A DNA stretch of 64,000 nucleotides. Source: Planctomycetales bacterium (GTDB lineage Bacteria; 4484-113). The stretch covers positions 1-64,000 of the forward strand of contig JBBIRS010000006.1 of the NCBI GenBank assembly GCA_037441675.1, in the 5' to 3' direction. The position numbers and the translations under genes were made by a program. Of this stretch, positions 45,525 through 57,791 are shown one piece after another. The notes under the pieces were generated by a model, which was given only the letters and a program-made list of their open reading frames with translations, made no database searches and was not told the origin of the DNA. Numbering within the stretch: position 1 is the first letter of the stretch; each line of letters opens with the position of its first letter.

Positions 45525-48500
45525 TTGACTAAAATAATTCAAGAAAGGGTTGCATTAAGTGAAGGGAATGAAAGCTATCCACTTCCGCCACTTCTTGACA
45601 TTCAAATTCGATCCTTTGAATGGTTTCTATTTGAAGGGATTGATTCAGTGATGAACGAGTTCTTTCCTATCCAAAGCAAGGATGGGAGGTACGAACTTAA
45701 GTACGTTCGTTCCAAAGTCTTACTGCCGGAGCATACTGTAGAAGAATGTTTAGAGAATGGTCTTGATTATTCTTGCAGGATATATGCTAGGATTGCTTTT
45801 TATGACCATGGTGGGAAGGGTGAGATAAAAGAGCATGAGGTATACATAACAGACCTTCCCTTTATGACTCGTGATGGTACTTTCATAATCAACGGAGTAG
45901 AGCGAGTAGTAGTCAGCCAACTAGTTCGATCTCCTGGGGTTTACTTTACAACTGGTGAAAAGCGAACCGCAAATGAAAGCGCACACATGGTGAAGATAAT
46001 TCCCTACCGTGGTGCATGGTTACGCTTTGAGTATGACATCAAGAGTGAAGCTTACCAAGTTCGCCTCGATTCTCCAAGAAGAGTTATCAAAGTAGCGATG
46101 ATTGATTTTCTTATGGCTCTAGGTTTCGTAGTGGATTTAGAGGAGGAACGGATTTATCTTTCTGAAGAAGAAAAAACAAGGTTTACCGAAAAATATGGTA
46201 TCTCGCTAGGCAAGGATGTTTGGCCAAATCAAGAAATGCTGATTGAAGATAAACTTAGGCCAACCCTACGTTCTCGTTCTCAGAGCGTGCGGAGTAAAGA
46301 AGACGCACAAAAGGAGATTTGGAGAAAGCTACACCCTACAGATCCTTACAGCAAGGAGATGTTAGAAAACATACTTCCTTCTCGCTTCTTTGATGCTAAA
46401 CATTACGACTTAGCTCCAGTAGGAAGGTTCGTCTTGAATCAAAAACTAGGCTTAAGTTTTCCCTTAACAACTTGCATATTAACGCCTGCGGACATATTTG
46501 AGGCTTTCCGAGCGCTGTATGGGCTTCAAGAGTTTGGCGATCGCCCCCTTGACGATATGGAGCACCTCAACCTGGAGAATAGAAGGGTGGAGCACATTGG
46601 AGAACAGCTAGTTGGGCAGTTCCGAAAAGGGCTGACGCGCACAGAGAGGATGACCATTGAAAAGTTAATGCTTCCAGATGCATACAAAGAGACGCCGAAG
46701 ACTCTAGTCAACACGAGACCAATCATCGCCGCAGTAAAGGAGTTCTTCGGTTCTTCTCAGATGAGTCAGTTTATGGACAACACTAATCCGCTCGCATCCT
46801 TGACCCATAAGCGAAGGCTAACCGCACTTGGTCCCAAGGGGCTGACCAGGGAAGCCGCTAGATTTGACTTTAGAGATGTTCACTACTCCCACTACGGTAG
46901 GATTTGTCCTATAGAATCACCTGAAGGTCCAAATATCGGGCTCATCAGCTCCCTTGCAGGATTTGCAAGGGTAAATGAACTTGGATTCATTGAAACTCCT
47001 TACTATGTTGTTAAAGAAGGAAAGTTAACGGGTGAAATCAAGTATCTATCTTCACAGGATGAGTATGATTTAGCGATAGCACCATCAACGGTAAAGATTG
47101 AAGATGGGAAAATTGTAGATGATGGCTTAATCTACGTAAGAAAGCGCGGTTCATACGAACAGGTACGGGTGCAGGAGGTAGACCTTGTCGAAGTTTCACA
47201 TGCTCAATTCATTTCTGTGACAACGAGTTTGATCCCATTCTTGGAGCATGATGACCCTATCCGTGCCCTAATGGGGAGCAACATGCAGAGGCAAGCGGTT
47301 CCACTTCTTTTCCCGGATAGCCCACTTGTTGGGACGGGAGTGGAGCGCAAAATCGCGGAGGACGCTGGTTCACTATTGGTTTCGCCCTTCTGTGGTGAGG
47401 TAGTTTACGCAGATAGCCAAAAAATTATTTTACGTAAATCGGTTGTATTTGACCGTTTGACGGGTGAAATTTTTGACTTTCCTAATCTGGAAAAGGTTGA
47501 AAAGGAGCAGGAGTTAACGAGAGAGAAATTCAACTATTTGTTTAGCCCGCCTGAGTCAAAGAAAAATATTTTCCGCAGGGTTCCGTTTAGCGACAGGGGA
47601 ATTAGACGGCTCAGGAAGGAATCTCAGCACGAAGTTGAAATTACATTAAGGAAGTTTCACCGAAGTAATCAAGGAACATTGATTAACAATAGACCACTGG
47701 TGAAGGCGGGTTATCCTGTCATTAAGGGAGATCTCCTTGCGGATACAGCCTCTACAAAGGATGGAGAATTAGCTTTAGGCAAGAACGTACTCGTGGCTTT
47801 TCTTTCGTGGCGTGGCTACAACTTTGAAGATGCTATTGTAGTAGGTGAACAGCTTATAAAGAACGACACCTTCACCTCTGTTCATATTGAGAGGTATGAG
47901 TGCGAGGCTAGAACAACCAAATTGGGACCTGAAAGAATAACACGAGAGATGGCTGGTATTCAGGAAGAGTATTTAGAGAAGAACTTGGATGAGCGTGGAA
48001 TTATCAGGGTGGGAGCTGAGGTTAAGAGCGGAGATATCCTTGTTGGCAAAATAACACCAAGAAGTGAAAGCGAGCTATCTGGAGAGGAAAAGCTTATCAG
48101 GGCGGTTTTTGGTGACAAAGGAAAAGGCTTCAGGAATACTCCACTTAAAGTTCCCCATGGCCAGGAAGGTGTAGTTATATCAACGTCCTACTACAGCAGA
48201 GGAGATGATATTGAACTACCTCATAGTGTTCTAGAGATGGCTCGCGTATACGTAGCAAAGAAGCGTAAGCTCTCCGTCGGTGATAAACTTTCTGGTAGAC
48301 ATGGAAATAAAGGTGTCGTAAGTGTTATCCTCCCCGAAGAAGATATGCCCTTCTTGCCAGATGGCACGCCTGTGGATATTATTTTCAATCCACTCGGCGT
48401 TCCCTCAAGAATGAACGTAGGCCAGCTACTCGAGACTCATCTAGGCTTAGCAGTAGCTTGCGTTGAAAAGGATGATACTAAATTCATTGAAACTGTGAAA

Positions 48501-49160
48501 AGCCTGCCGAGTTGGGATGATGTACCAGTTAACAAAGCCGAAGTTGCAAGTGAAGTGAAGGACATATGGTTGAAGCCTGCGAAAAATCCACTGAAAGTTA
48601 AGAATCCGGTGTTTCAATCCGTGACTGAAGCAAAGATACGCGGTATGTTCAAGTTTCTCTCACTACCTCTTGATGGGAAGACAATTATTTACGATGGTCT
48701 CACTGGACTCCCCTTTAAGGAGCGGGTAACAGTTGGTTATATGTACGTAATGAAACTTAATCATCTAGTTGATGACAAGGTTCACGCTCGTTCAACGGGT
48801 TCATATGCGCTCATCACTCAACAACCTCTAGGTGGAAAAGCCCAGTTTGGTGGTCAGAGGCTTGGAGAAATGGAAGTCTGGGCGCTTGAAGGTTATGGTG
48901 CTAGCAATATCCTCAAGGAAATGCTCACTGTAAAGAGCGACGATGTTACAGGTAGGCTTAGAACTTATCGGGCTATCGTTAATGGAGACGTAATCCCAGA
49001 GCCGGGAATACCAGAGTCTTTTTACGTAATGGTGAATGAGCTTAAAGGTCTCTGTCTAGATGTGGATATAATCCACGAGGAAGAGGAGGAGAGAGCTGTG
49101 TTAGGCCCCGCTGTTAAGGGAGCAAGAATAATCCAGAAAACGGAGGAAGTCTTTGAATAA
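45525..49160 (+). CDS. rpoB: RNA polymerase beta subunit
   Basis: [42 protein letters not shown] start with GGAGG RBS. Confidence 0.99.
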   Translation: MTKIIQERVALSEGNESYPLPPLLDIQIRSFEWFLFEGIDSVMNEFFPIQSKDGRYELKYVRSKVLLPEHTVEECLENGLDYSCRIYARIAFYDHGGKGEIKEHEVYITDLPFMTRDGTFIINGVERVVVSQLVRSPGVYFTTGEKRTANESAHMVKIIPYRGAWLRFEYDIKSEAYQVRLDSPRRVIKVAMIDFLMALGFVVDLEEERIYLSEEEKTRFTEKYGISLGKDVWPNQEMLIEDKLRPTLRSRSQSVRSKEDAQKEIWRKLHPTDPYSKEMLENILPSRFFDAKHYDLAPVGRFVLNQKLGLSFPLTTCILTPADIFEAFRALYGLQEFGDRPLDDMEHLNLENRRVEHIGEQLVGQFRKGLTRTERMTIEKLMLPDAYKETPKTLVNTRPIIAAVKEFFGSSQMSQFMDNTNPLASLTHKRRLTALGPKGLTREAARFDFRDVHYSHYGRICPIESPEGPNIGLISSLAGFARVNELGFIETPYYVVKEGKLTGEIKYLSSQDEYDLAIAPSTVKIEDGKIVDDGLIYVRKRGSYEQVRVQEVDLVEVSHAQFISVTTSLIPFLEHDDPIRALMGSNMQRQAVPLLFPDSPLVGTGVERKIAEDAGSLLVSPFCGEVVYADSQKIILRKSVVFDRLTGEIFDFPNLEKVEKEQELTREKFNYLFSPPESKKNIFRRVPFSDRGIRRLRKESQHEVEITLRKFHRSNQGTLINNRPLVKAGYPVIKGDLLADTASTKDGELALGKNVLVAFLSWRGYNFEDAIVVGEQLIKNDTFTSVHIERYECEARTTKLGPERITREMAGIQEEYLEKNLDERGIIRVGAEVKSGDILVGKITPRSESELSGEEKLIRAVFGDKGKGFRNTPLKVPHGQEGVVISTSYYSRGDDIELPHSVLEMARVYVAKKRKLSVGDKLSGRHGNKGVVSVILPEEDMPFLPDGTPVDIIFNPLGVPSRMNVGQLLETHLGLAVACVEKDDTKFIETVKSLPSWDDVPVNKAEVASEVKDIWLKPAKNPLKVKNPVFQSVTEAKIRGMFKFLSLPLDGKTIIYDGLTGLPFKERVTVGYMYVMKLNHLVDDKVHARSTGSYALITQQPLGGKAQFGGQRLGEMEVWALEGYGASNILKEMLTVKSDDVTGRLRTYRAIVNGDVIPEPGIPESFYVMVNELKGLCLDVDIIHEEEEERAVLGPAVKGARIIQKTEEVFE

Positions 49161-52100
49161 CCCAAGAATAATTAGAGCAAGAACTGATTCAGAAGTTGAA
49201 CATCGCCAGATAAAGGGCATAACCCTTGGGCTAGCTTCTCCGGAAAGAATTCTTCAGTGGTCACATGGCGAAGTCAAAAAGCCCGAAACCTTCAACTACA
49301 GAACATACAAGCCTGAGAGGGATGGCCTTTTCTGCGAACGAATTTTTGGTCCTACAAAGGATTATGAGTGCGCTTGTGGAAAGTATAAGAAAATAAGGTA
49401 TAAGGGAACCATCTGTGAGAGGTGTGGTGTTGAAGTTACTTCTTCTAGGGTTAGGCGAGAACGCATTGGTCACATCAGACTGGCATCCCCTGTGGCTCAC
49501 ATTTGGTTTACAAAATCTATCCCGAACGTCTTCTCGGCTCTTCTAGGCATTAACAGCAAAGAAATTGAAAAGGTTATTTACTTCGTTAACTGGATTGTAG
49601 TGGACAAGGATGACAAGTGGTTAAGCGCGAATCTTTCTAAGATAACCACAGAAGCGGAGAAGAGAAAATCTGAGCTTGAAGCGGAAAAGAACAAACTAAG
49701 AGAGATTAAGGAACTTGACCTTTTTGAAGTTTGCAAACAGGTGCCCGATCTTACTTCACATGAAAAGAGAGAGATTACAGAAGCTGAGAAGGCGTTCAAC
49801 GCTCGCAGTAAAGATGAAAAAACACTTGAAAGGTATAGTTTTATGAAAGAGGTTATTACCCGAAGTCCAGAGCTTAGAGATTATGAAGCCCTTGAAAGTA
49901 TCACCGATCCTAAAACTAGAGAAGTAATAGTTCGAGGCGACGAGCACCAAATCCTCACCCCAGCGATTGTTAGTAAACTGATTGACTTAAGACGTTTCCG
50001 AATTAAGGTTGAAAGCAGAAAAAAGTCAATTGAAATTACCAAAAGGCTAGAGGAGATAAACCAAGAGATTAAAAACTTGACTGAAGGACTAGAGAAGATA
50101 ACAAAGTGCAAAAAGCTGGACAGGCTTACAGACAAGGAACAGGAGAGCGTAAGAACTATCCTTAGACTAGTAGAAGTTAGGCTATTTCCAGAGATTACCG
50201 AATACCTTAAAATCGGTATTGGTGCGTCAGCGGTTCAAGAAATTCTAAAGAAATTAGATTTGAATCAATTAGCAAAGTCGCTAATCTCCGAGTTATCAAA
50301 AACTGTTAATCAGAAAGGTTCCAGTCAAAAGAGAGCCAAGCTGATAAAGCGACTAAAGATTGTTCGCTCCTTTATCAATTCCGGTAATCGTCCAGAGTGG
50401 ATGATTATTGAAATTCTGCCAGTTCTACCTCCCGATCTTAGGCCTATGGTAGAGCTTGAAGGTGGAAGGTTTGCCAGTAGCGACTTGAATGACCTTTACC
50501 GACGGGTGATAAATAGAAACAATCGCTTGAAGAAGCTAATTGAAATTAGAGCCCCGGAGAGCATACTTAGGAACGAGCGTAGGATGCTACAAGAAGCGGT
50601 CGATTCGTTAATTGATAATGGTCGTCGTGGTAGGAGTGCGGTAACTGTTGGTAATCGCCCATTAAAGAGCCTTTCAGATATGCTTAAAGGAAAGCACGGA
50701 AGGTTTCGCCAGAATCTATTGGGCAAACGAGTTGACTACTCAGGCAGAAGCGTAATAGTGGTTGGTCCAAAGTTAAGACTGCATCAATGTGGCTTACCAA
50801 AGGAGATGGCACTGGAACTCTTCAAGTCTTTCGTGCTCGCTCCTTTGATCGATCCTACTGATCCAAGTAGGAGCATCGCCACTGCGCGAAGGTTAATTGA
50901 GAAGGCAGAGGATGAGAAAGTTTGGGATGCTCTGGACAAGGTTATTAAGGCGCATCCCGTTCTGTTAAATCGCGCCCCAACCTTGCACAGGCTCTCCATC
51001 CAAGCTTTTGAGCCTGTTCTGATTGAAGGCAAAGCGATTCAACTACATCCCCTCGTTTGTGCTGCTTATAACGCCGACTTTGATGGCGACCAGATGGCTG
51101 TTCATGTTCCACTCTCAATGGCGAGTCAAACAGAAGCAAGAACTCTAATGCTCTCGGCGAATAACCTCTTCTTACCTGCGGATGGTAAACCTATAATTTC
51201 CGCCTCCCACGATATTGTTTTGGGCATCTACTATCTTACTCAAACTCCTGATGGTTTACCTGTTCACTGCAATTGCGCTTTATGTGTTTCTCGGAGTAGC
51301 TCAAAATCTCTTCAATCTGTGAATGATCATCCCCTGCATAAGAGGTTCACTTCATGCGAGGAAGCCCTACTTGCGTATGAGAATAGTAGAATCACTCTTC
51401 ACGAACCGATTGAGGTTGAGGTCAATCGTCCAGTATTTAACAGTGAAGACTTCTCCGTTGAACCAGAAGTACCTAAATCAACAATTATGACTACTGCAGG
51501 TAGGATACTGTTTAATGAAATCTTCTGGTCTATGGAGAAAGAACTTGGTGTTTCAGATGATAAGAAAATCCCCTTTATGAATTTTCCCATGGATAAAGGT
51601 GCTTTGGCGTCAATTTTATCCTATACCTATGAGCGCCTAGGACAGCGGTTCACTGTGCTACTTGCTGATGCCTTAAAGTACTTGGGCTTTGAAACTGCAA
51701 CAACATCAGGAATTACAGTAGGTATCAACGATTTAACGATTCCCTCTGAGAAACCGGAGATTATCGCCCGTGCGGACAAGTTGTCATCTGAGATCTGGAG
51801 TAAATTCAATAAGGAGCTAATCACTAGAAACGAGAAAGATGAGGAAATAGCGCGGATTTGGGACCAAGCAACCAAGGACCTAACCAAGGCGATGAAGGAG
51901 AACTTTGCCGTTTTCAATCCTGTGTTTATGATGCAGGAGAGTGGAGCTCGTGGCAAGATTGACCAAGTCCGTCAGCTAGCGGGAATGCGTGGCCTACTTG
52001 TGGGTCCTACTGGTAGAGTCCTTGATATTCCAATTAAGAGTAACTTCCGGGAAGGACTTAGCGTATTTGAATACTTTATTTCCACTCACGGAGGACGTAA

Positions 52101-53583
52101 AGGTCTTGTTGACACCGCTCTTAAGACAGCTGATAGCGGTTACTTAACTAGACGCCTTGTGGATGTTGCGGTAGACGTTAGCATTTCAGAGAGAGATTGT
52201 GGAACTAAAGAAGGAATTGAAGTTAAGCTGGGCTCTTCCAGACACGAAACTCCCAAGAAAGCAAAGAAGATGCTTGTGGGAAGGGTATTGGCTGAGAACG
52301 TTGTAGCTGGCAGAGGTGGGAAAGTCCTCTTTGAGCGTGGTACTGAGATAACTTCAAGGATAGTGGATGAATTGTTCGAGCGCAAGGTTGAATCAGTAAA
52401 GGTTCGTTCCGTCTTGACCTGCGAATCAACTGAAGGAGTCTGTGCTTTGTGTTACGGTTGGGACTTAGCATCAGGTCGTCTTGCAGAAATCGGCGATCCC
52501 GTAGGTGTTATTGCGGCACAGAGCATTGGCGAGCCAGGAACTCAGCTTACAATGCGCACTTTTCACACAGGTGGTATTAAGGGAAGGGATATTACACAAG
52601 GTTTGCCCTATGTAGAGAGTCTGTTTGAAGTCAGAGGCGCGAAACATCCTTTCGTCCTTGCTGAACGTGAAGGTGTTGTGAAGGATATTACAAAAATAGT
52701 TTATTGGCGTGTTGTTATTCAAGACCCAGAAGGTTACACCACGAAGTCTTACACTATCCAATGTAGTGAGGAAGAAAAACTACCGATAACCTATCAAATG
52801 AGGGTAACCCGCGGTACCCCTCTTGACCCTGCTAAAAAGGTAGTTGCGGAAATAGGAGGCATAGTCACTCATCTTTACACCGATTATAAGAGTACTTACC
52901 ATCGTATCACCATTGTCCATGATGATGGCACTGAGAAGGTTTATGAAACACCTCATGAGAATCGTCGTCCTCTTGTTCAAATTGGCGATAGAGTGGAGAA
53001 AGCCCAGCCTTTGTGTGACGGTGATTTAGATATAAGGCAGTATCATTCTCTTGTAGGAGACCTGAAAACACAAATGTATCTTGTTAATACTATTCAGGAC
53101 ATCTACGAGTCTCAGAACGTTAACACGAACAGTAAGCACATAGAAGTGATTGCGAAGCAGATGATTAAGGTGGTTGAGGTTCTACATCCTGGCGATGCTG
53201 AAAACCTTTACGAAGGGGACTTGGTTCCTAAGCGCGAGTTTGAAATCTTGGTGGCGAAGTTAAAGAAGGAAGGTAAAAAACCACCACGCGGTAGAAGTCT
53301 GCTACAGGGTATTTCAAAGGCATCACTCACCACGGACTCATGGCTCGCCGCTGCGTCATTTCAAGAAACGACGCGTGTCCTTACTAAGGCGGCGATTGAG
53401 GGTCAGGTTGACCGTTTGCGCGGTATTAAGGAAAACGTAATTGCCGGTTCGCTGATTCCTGTTGGTACTGGAAGAGTCGTAAGGGATGTGCATAAGGCAC
53501 TCCGTGAAGGCGTTCCTGGGCAAGTTAAACGCTTCTTTGAAGTGGAAGAGGAGGAAGAAAAACCCGTTAGTGGTCTTTTCTGA
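49153..53583 (+). CDS. rpoC: RNA polymerase beta' subunit
   Basis: N-terminal Zn finger, [20 protein letters not shown]. Confidence 0.99.
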   Translation: MNNPRIIRARTDSEVEHRQIKGITLGLASPERILQWSHGEVKKPETFNYRTYKPERDGLFCERIFGPTKDYECACGKYKKIRYKGTICERCGVEVTSSRVRRERIGHIRLASPVAHIWFTKSIPNVFSALLGINSKEIEKVIYFVNWIVVDKDDKWLSANLSKITTEAEKRKSELEAEKNKLREIKELDLFEVCKQVPDLTSHEKREITEAEKAFNARSKDEKTLERYSFMKEVITRSPELRDYEALESITDPKTREVIVRGDEHQILTPAIVSKLIDLRRFRIKVESRKKSIEITKRLEEINQEIKNLTEGLEKITKCKKLDRLTDKEQESVRTILRLVEVRLFPEITEYLKIGIGASAVQEILKKLDLNQLAKSLISELSKTVNQKGSSQKRAKLIKRLKIVRSFINSGNRPEWMIIEILPVLPPDLRPMVELEGGRFASSDLNDLYRRVINRNNRLKKLIEIRAPESILRNERRMLQEAVDSLIDNGRRGRSAVTVGNRPLKSLSDMLKGKHGRFRQNLLGKRVDYSGRSVIVVGPKLRLHQCGLPKEMALELFKSFVLAPLIDPTDPSRSIATARRLIEKAEDEKVWDALDKVIKAHPVLLNRAPTLHRLSIQAFEPVLIEGKAIQLHPLVCAAYNADFDGDQMAVHVPLSMASQTEARTLMLSANNLFLPADGKPIISASHDIVLGIYYLTQTPDGLPVHCNCALCVSRSSSKSLQSVNDHPLHKRFTSCEEALLAYENSRITLHEPIEVEVNRPVFNSEDFSVEPEVPKSTIMTTAGRILFNEIFWSMEKELGVSDDKKIPFMNFPMDKGALASILSYTYERLGQRFTVLLADALKYLGFETATTSGITVGINDLTIPSEKPEIIARADKLSSEIWSKFNKELITRNEKDEEIARIWDQATKDLTKAMKENFAVFNPVFMMQESGARGKIDQVRQLAGMRGLLVGPTGRVLDIPIKSNFREGLSVFEYFISTHGGRKGLVDTALKTADSGYLTRRLVDVAVDVSISERDCGTKEGIEVKLGSSRHETPKKAKKMLVGRVLAENVVAGRGGKVLFERGTEITSRIVDELFERKVESVKVRSVLTCESTEGVCALCYGWDLASGRLAEIGDPVGVIAAQSIGEPGTQLTMRTFHTGGIKGRDITQGLPYVESLFEVRGAKHPFVLAEREGVVKDITKIVYWRVVIQDPEGYTTKSYTIQCSEEEKLPITYQMRVTRGTPLDPAKKVVAEIGGIVTHLYTDYKSTYHRITIVHDDGTEKVYETPHENRRPLVQIGDRVEKAQPLCDGDLDIRQYHSLVGDLKTQMYLVNTIQDIYESQNVNTNSKHIEVIAKQMIKVVEVLHPGDAENLYEGDLVPKREFEILVAKLKKEGKKPPRGRSLLQGISKASLTTDSWLAAASFQETTRVLTKAAIEGQVDRLRGIKENVIAGSLIPVGTGRVVRDVHKALREGVPGQVKRFFEVEEEEEKPVSGLF

Positions 53584-53842
53584 TCCATTATGTGGTTATG
53601 AGTTGTTGTCACTTGAATTTAATCGGTAAGCTCCGTGAACGCAAGCCCATCTTTTTAACTAATCGTGAATTGTAAATCTCTTTCACCTGCTGATAATATC
53701 TTATTTCATAGAGTTTTATTACTGTGACTACTTCACTTGTCAGGGGCCAACTTGCCATAACAAAAGTTCTTCCCATTTAAGTAAAGCGGTTCAGCTTGCA
53801 TTACCAATCTTTGGAGAGAGTTTTATAATAGTATTACTTGGA

Positions 53843-54370
53843 ATGCCTAACGTAGATTCACTTCCTGAAGAGTCGCTGATTAACACTGGTGCTACATCTA
53901 CACTATCTGATATTCAAGATGTTTCTCAAGATATTTCAGCGCCCCAACCAGAATTTATAAAGTGGTCATTCAAACCATGGAAGGAACATCCGCTGCGCGC
54001 GCTGGCAGTTATCATCATCAATCTCGCAATTACCCTACTTATCTATTTCCTCTATAGAGATTTAGTAATGACTGACTTTGCGTTTCTTGTGATGTTTGGA
54101 ATGACGTTAACAATTTATATTCCAGTGACGTATTTGCTAGATGATGCGGGCGTTACCGTAATTTTCTTATCTGTTAAAAGCTTCCGACCCTGGAGTCATT
54201 ATAAAAACTGCTATTTTCATGAAAATGGTGTTTTTCTCACCTCTCTTCCCAAACCGAGCAGGCTTGACCCATTCAGGGGTCATTTTATTAGATTTTCAAA
54301 AGACAGAGAACTGATTTCTCTTTTTATTAAATCACACCTCAAAAAGCCTTCTAGCAAAAACTCGGTGTGA
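53843..54370 (+). CDS. Hypothetical 2-TM membrane protein
   Basis: W...PWKE.P, two TM helices, LSxLPKPSRLDPFRG-like C-terminus. Confidence 0.65.
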   Translation: MPNVDSLPEESLINTGATSTLSDIQDVSQDISAPQPEFIKWSFKPWKEHPLRALAVIIINLAITLLIYFLYRDLVMTDFAFLVMFGMTLTIYIPVTYLLDDAGVTVIFLSVKSFRPWSHYKNCYFHENGVFLTSLPKPSRLDPFRGHFIRFSKDRELISLFIKSHLKKPSSKNSV

Positions 54371-54570
54371 AGTGCGAACTTTACATAATGTTGTAATTAG
54401 AGTAGGCGCGGTCTCCGACTTTTACCAAATATTTTTCTATAAATTTCGCAACTATAGCTAGCGAATGCTCCCAATTTTCAAGCGCGTTTATATCTGAGTA
54501 AGATAAGTCTTTGCGATAGTCAAGCGCATAAAAAGGCATTTTGGTTTGGAGATTGGTTGAAAAGCAAAAT

Positions 54571-55040
54571 GCGGGGGAAATAAGCCGGGTTCTGTCTCTG
54601 CGGTCATTTCTCTAGCCTGTCCGTTCCTTTGGTAGTATCCGTCAGGATATGCCTAGGCGGACTTGCCGAAGTTCCCGACAGGTCAATCGGCATGATAGTG
54701 GCGAAGGATGAGCAGTTCGTTTTTCATTCGCGTCAGCGCGGAGCTTTCGCGAACGTCCGCCACCTGCCTTGCACCGGACGAGTTTGCCCACCCGTAAACT
54801 TCACAGTCACGGACGTGCGCTCTTACCGCACGGTTTCACCCTTGCCAGAGGTCACAACCGAAATTTCGGTTCATCCCGCCAGAGGCGGAACTTCCCGAGG
54901 GTCTGGCGGTATTTTTCTGTGGCGCTTTCCATACCCCGCTTTCACGGAGTTCTGGGAATTACCCAGCGTCCCGCTCTGTGGTGCCCGGACTTTCCTCAGA
55001 TGCGAACTTGCATTCACATCCGCGACCGCCTTTCCCCCGC
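54571..55040 (-). ncRNA. rnpB: RNase P RNA, type A-like, ~470 nt
   Basis: Minus strand GAGGAAAGTCCGGGC, AGGGTGAAA, GGTAAGAGC, ACAGAACCCGGCTTA; P1 GCGGGGGA/TCCCCCGC. Confidence 0.96.
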
Positions 55041-55459
55041 TATTTTATTTTACCAGAATCCGCTAGGATTAGACGCAGAGTTTATTTAAATAAATCTCTC
55101 CAAGTAGATTTCATTGACGCAATCTTAGACGGTTGGATTTTATCACGATATTCTTGCCACTCATTGGCTTGCATTAGCGGAGAAAAGACATATTGGACAT
55201 ATGAGGCTTTTTTCACAAGTTATCCTTTTCGCAAGATGGAAGTTGTGTTTTGGTGATGAAGGGTGCTGTTTGGAACGAGGGAAATTTCTTCCACTCTGTG
55301 GTCATAATATCTTCTGCCTGTCCGTAGAGAATTATCTGGTTTTAATATGAGTTAGTGAAATGGCTCTTAGTAAAATTGTATCGCTAACTTTAGAAAATGT
55401 GTCTATCAGCTCTGTCCGCACTTTTTCGGGTCAAACAAGGTAGGCCAACCCGTGGGCGG

Positions 55460-55828
55460 TCATATCCTTATCTCTTGACATAGCCTGTACGCAACGCACA
55501 TTTTCCCCTGCGCCTCCTCATCTCTTCCAAGATCCCCTATCGCTACCACCAGTTTATCGTATCCTAACGCAAAAGGTTTCATCAATGATTTTAATTACTT
55601 TATTTCCCCTTATTTCTAGCAAGGGTGAAAATTTTTCTTCCTTTAAAACGTAATAAAACTCAGAGTAACCATGATAATAGCCATAATAGCTATTCCAACA
55701 CCTAATCCGCTCAAAACTGCCAAGCCCAAATATGGTATAGAGTGATTCCAAGCTAGATAAACAGATAGGCTTATTAAAGCTAAAAAATAAATACCCCACC
55801 CATAATCCTTTAATTTCTCATAATTCAT
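55460..55828 (-). pseudogene. Decayed 2-TM protein with TPR-like tail
   Basis: MNYEK...2 TM...ITF*, then several stops, then AIGDLGRDEEA (TPR-like) in the same frame. Confidence 0.35.
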
Positions 55829-55847
55829 TGTTTTGCTCCATCTTCCC

Positions 55848-56141
55848 TCATACAAAGCTCACTTCAGCGAGAATTTTGTCCCTAAGCTCCTCCATTAGCC
55901 CCATCCTTGTTACGATATCAACCTTTCTACCAAGCTCGCGTTCTAAAAGCGACGCAAGTCCGAGAGAGTCAAACAACTCCGCCTCTTCAGTGAAATCAAC
56001 AAGAATAACAATATCGCTTCCCTCCTAAGCCTCTGCTCGGACGAAAGAGCCGAAAAGCCAAATTACTCTCGCCTTATAGGTCGCGCAAGCCTCATCTTTA
56101 AACGCCTTCAGCTATTCAAGTATATCTTCACTCGTAAGCAT
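55848..56141 (-). pseudogene. Minimal nucleotidyltransferase (MNT antitoxin) pseudogene
   Basis: MLTSEDILE*LKAFK...LFGSFVRAEA*EGSDIVILVDF...LGRKVDIVT; TAG at 56112-14 and 56025-27; DID changed to DIV. Confidence 0.8.
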
Positions 56142-56179
56142 ATCTCAAATGATACTAAAAAAGTATCTTAGAAGCTAAT

Positions 56180-56644
56180 TTATCCAAGCCTCTCCTTTGG
56201 CGAACTTCTTTTGTCCGCTATAGGGATCTTCTCGCACCTCTTATCAATTCGCATTATCAGCGCTTCGATGCAGGCGCGTTTTTCCAAAACTGCCTGCAAA
56301 CGGTTGTAGAATTCCATGCTAAGGTTCATTCCGAATGGGCTTGTAGCCACGTTCACGCCGTCCACCGCAGTATCAATTATCGGGCGGAAAAACAACATCA
56401 GCTGGCTCCCAAGATATCCCATTGGGCGCATACTCTCAAGAAAAACGATAGCGGGCACCGCCATTCCCGCGCGCACTACGCGCTCCGCTAGAATCTCCAG
56501 CGTTTCAAGTTCCTCCGCGCTTAGTTCATCCTCAGTGCCTTTTTCCACCTTGAAGGCATGAGCAAGGCCGTTTAGAAAGTTTCTCCAGAAGCCATGTTTG
56601 CCTTTGTCGCTCCAATTAGACCTTGTTTCTGATTTCGCCTTCAT
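56180..56644 (-). CDS. Conserved hypothetical protein
   Basis: MAVPAIVFLESMRPMGYLGSQ motif; probable start at MKAKSE. Confidence 0.65.
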   Translation of the reverse strand: MKAKSETRSNWSDKGKHGFWRNFLNGLAHAFKVEKGTEDELSAEELETLEILAERVVRAGMAVPAIVFLESMRPMGYLGSQLMLFFRPIIDTAVDGVNVATSPFGMNLSMEFYNRLQAVLEKRACIEALIMRIDKRCEKIPIADKRSSPKERLG

Positions 56645-57007
56645 CCTTCTGCCTCTGAGTATAGTATAGATAGGTTTCACAGACAAGAAAGCCCAGGCGT
56701 AACAACGTTTCTTGCCATTCTATATAATGTTTCCAAAGAGACCCTCTAATAAATCTAAATCTAATGTTAATCAAAGAGTCATTTTTATTAGCGTCTAGGT
56801 TATAATTTGAAATTGTTTTCAGGAGGTGATCTTAGAATGGATAAGGGTGAAAGCTGAGGTGAGAAGCGACCCAAGAAAGTAGATATTCTGCGCCTGGAAA
56901 AGCGTGGACAACCAAATATTAGGCAAAGATTAGAGAATGCTGTATTAACTTCACTGCCTCATAGGAGAGCGAGAAAAAATGGAAATGAATAGACCATTAC
57001 TAAAGCC

Positions 57008-57686
57008 ATGGATGAGGGTGTGGATTCAACTGAGAAGAGTGTTACATCTTCAGATGCGAGTTCTACTCGTTCTACTTTTGCCCCGGCTGAACTTGAATAC
57101 ACAACAGAGCCGATTCTAAAGAGCGCAATTCGACTGAAGAGCAAGCTACAAGACCTTGAGGTGGATGAGAGATTCTTAAGGGGGAATTCACATTTAGACC
57201 GATCTGCGGATTGTATATCTTGAAAGTTGCCCTTTTGCCCTTCATTCCGCTACCATTAATCGCCTTCTTCTATTCGATCCTCGCAGGTGCGCCAAGTTGA
57301 TTCTGGATGGTTAGTCTCGTTAACATCTTTCTCTTTCCACTTTACGCTGTCTATATGTTCGTAGCTCTTACTTACACAAATTACGATTCTCCTTGGTTAG
57401 TTGCTGGACATCTTGAACTTCTATCACAAAATGGACTAATTGTTCCCCTCCTTTACGCTCTGGTTCTGTTAATTGTTTTTGTCGCCTCATGGCTGATAGG
57501 TTGAAGACGTAGATGGGATATTTAGAATTCGCAAGCTTTGCGGAATTCAGGGAAGTTGAGGACCGCTATCAATTGGTCGGTATTGCTTTATTCTGCCTGT
57601 TTGTGTTTTTTACAGTTGGCTCGCTCGCCCTGAGCAATATACCTGACATTTTTAACTACATTTTTGGCTTGGAGTTCAAACCCTAA
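57008..57686 (+). pseudogene. Fragmented multi-TM membrane protein
   Basis: Consecutive hydrophobic segments broken by frameshifts and TGA codons at 57298 and 57502. Confidence 0.45.
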
Positions 57687-57731
57687 TTAAAATGTGTGTT
57701 GTTAGTGCTATTAATTGTTTCGCTAAGGAAG

Positions 57732-57769
57732 AAAAAAAGAAGGTGGACGGCTAAAATCCGCCCACCTTC
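57732..57769 (-). terminator. Rho-independent terminator of the PKD lipoprotein gene
   Basis: GAAGGTGGACGG/CCGCCCACCTTC stem followed by a U-tract on the minus strand. Confidence 0.8.
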
Positions 57770-57791
57770 ACTAAATTCAGTTTAGATTTCC

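Noticed and set aside
54629..55256. Plus-strand ORFs of 145, 106 and 92 aa
   Set aside because: They are antisense to the GC-rich RNase P RNA and have no protein motifs.
1004..56141. Genome-wide TAG recoding, suggested by TAG-only internal stops in two broken genes
   Set aside because: tuf, rpmG, nuoJ and rimM end at TAG at their expected C-termini. Other pseudogenes in the window contain TGA, TAA and frameshifts.
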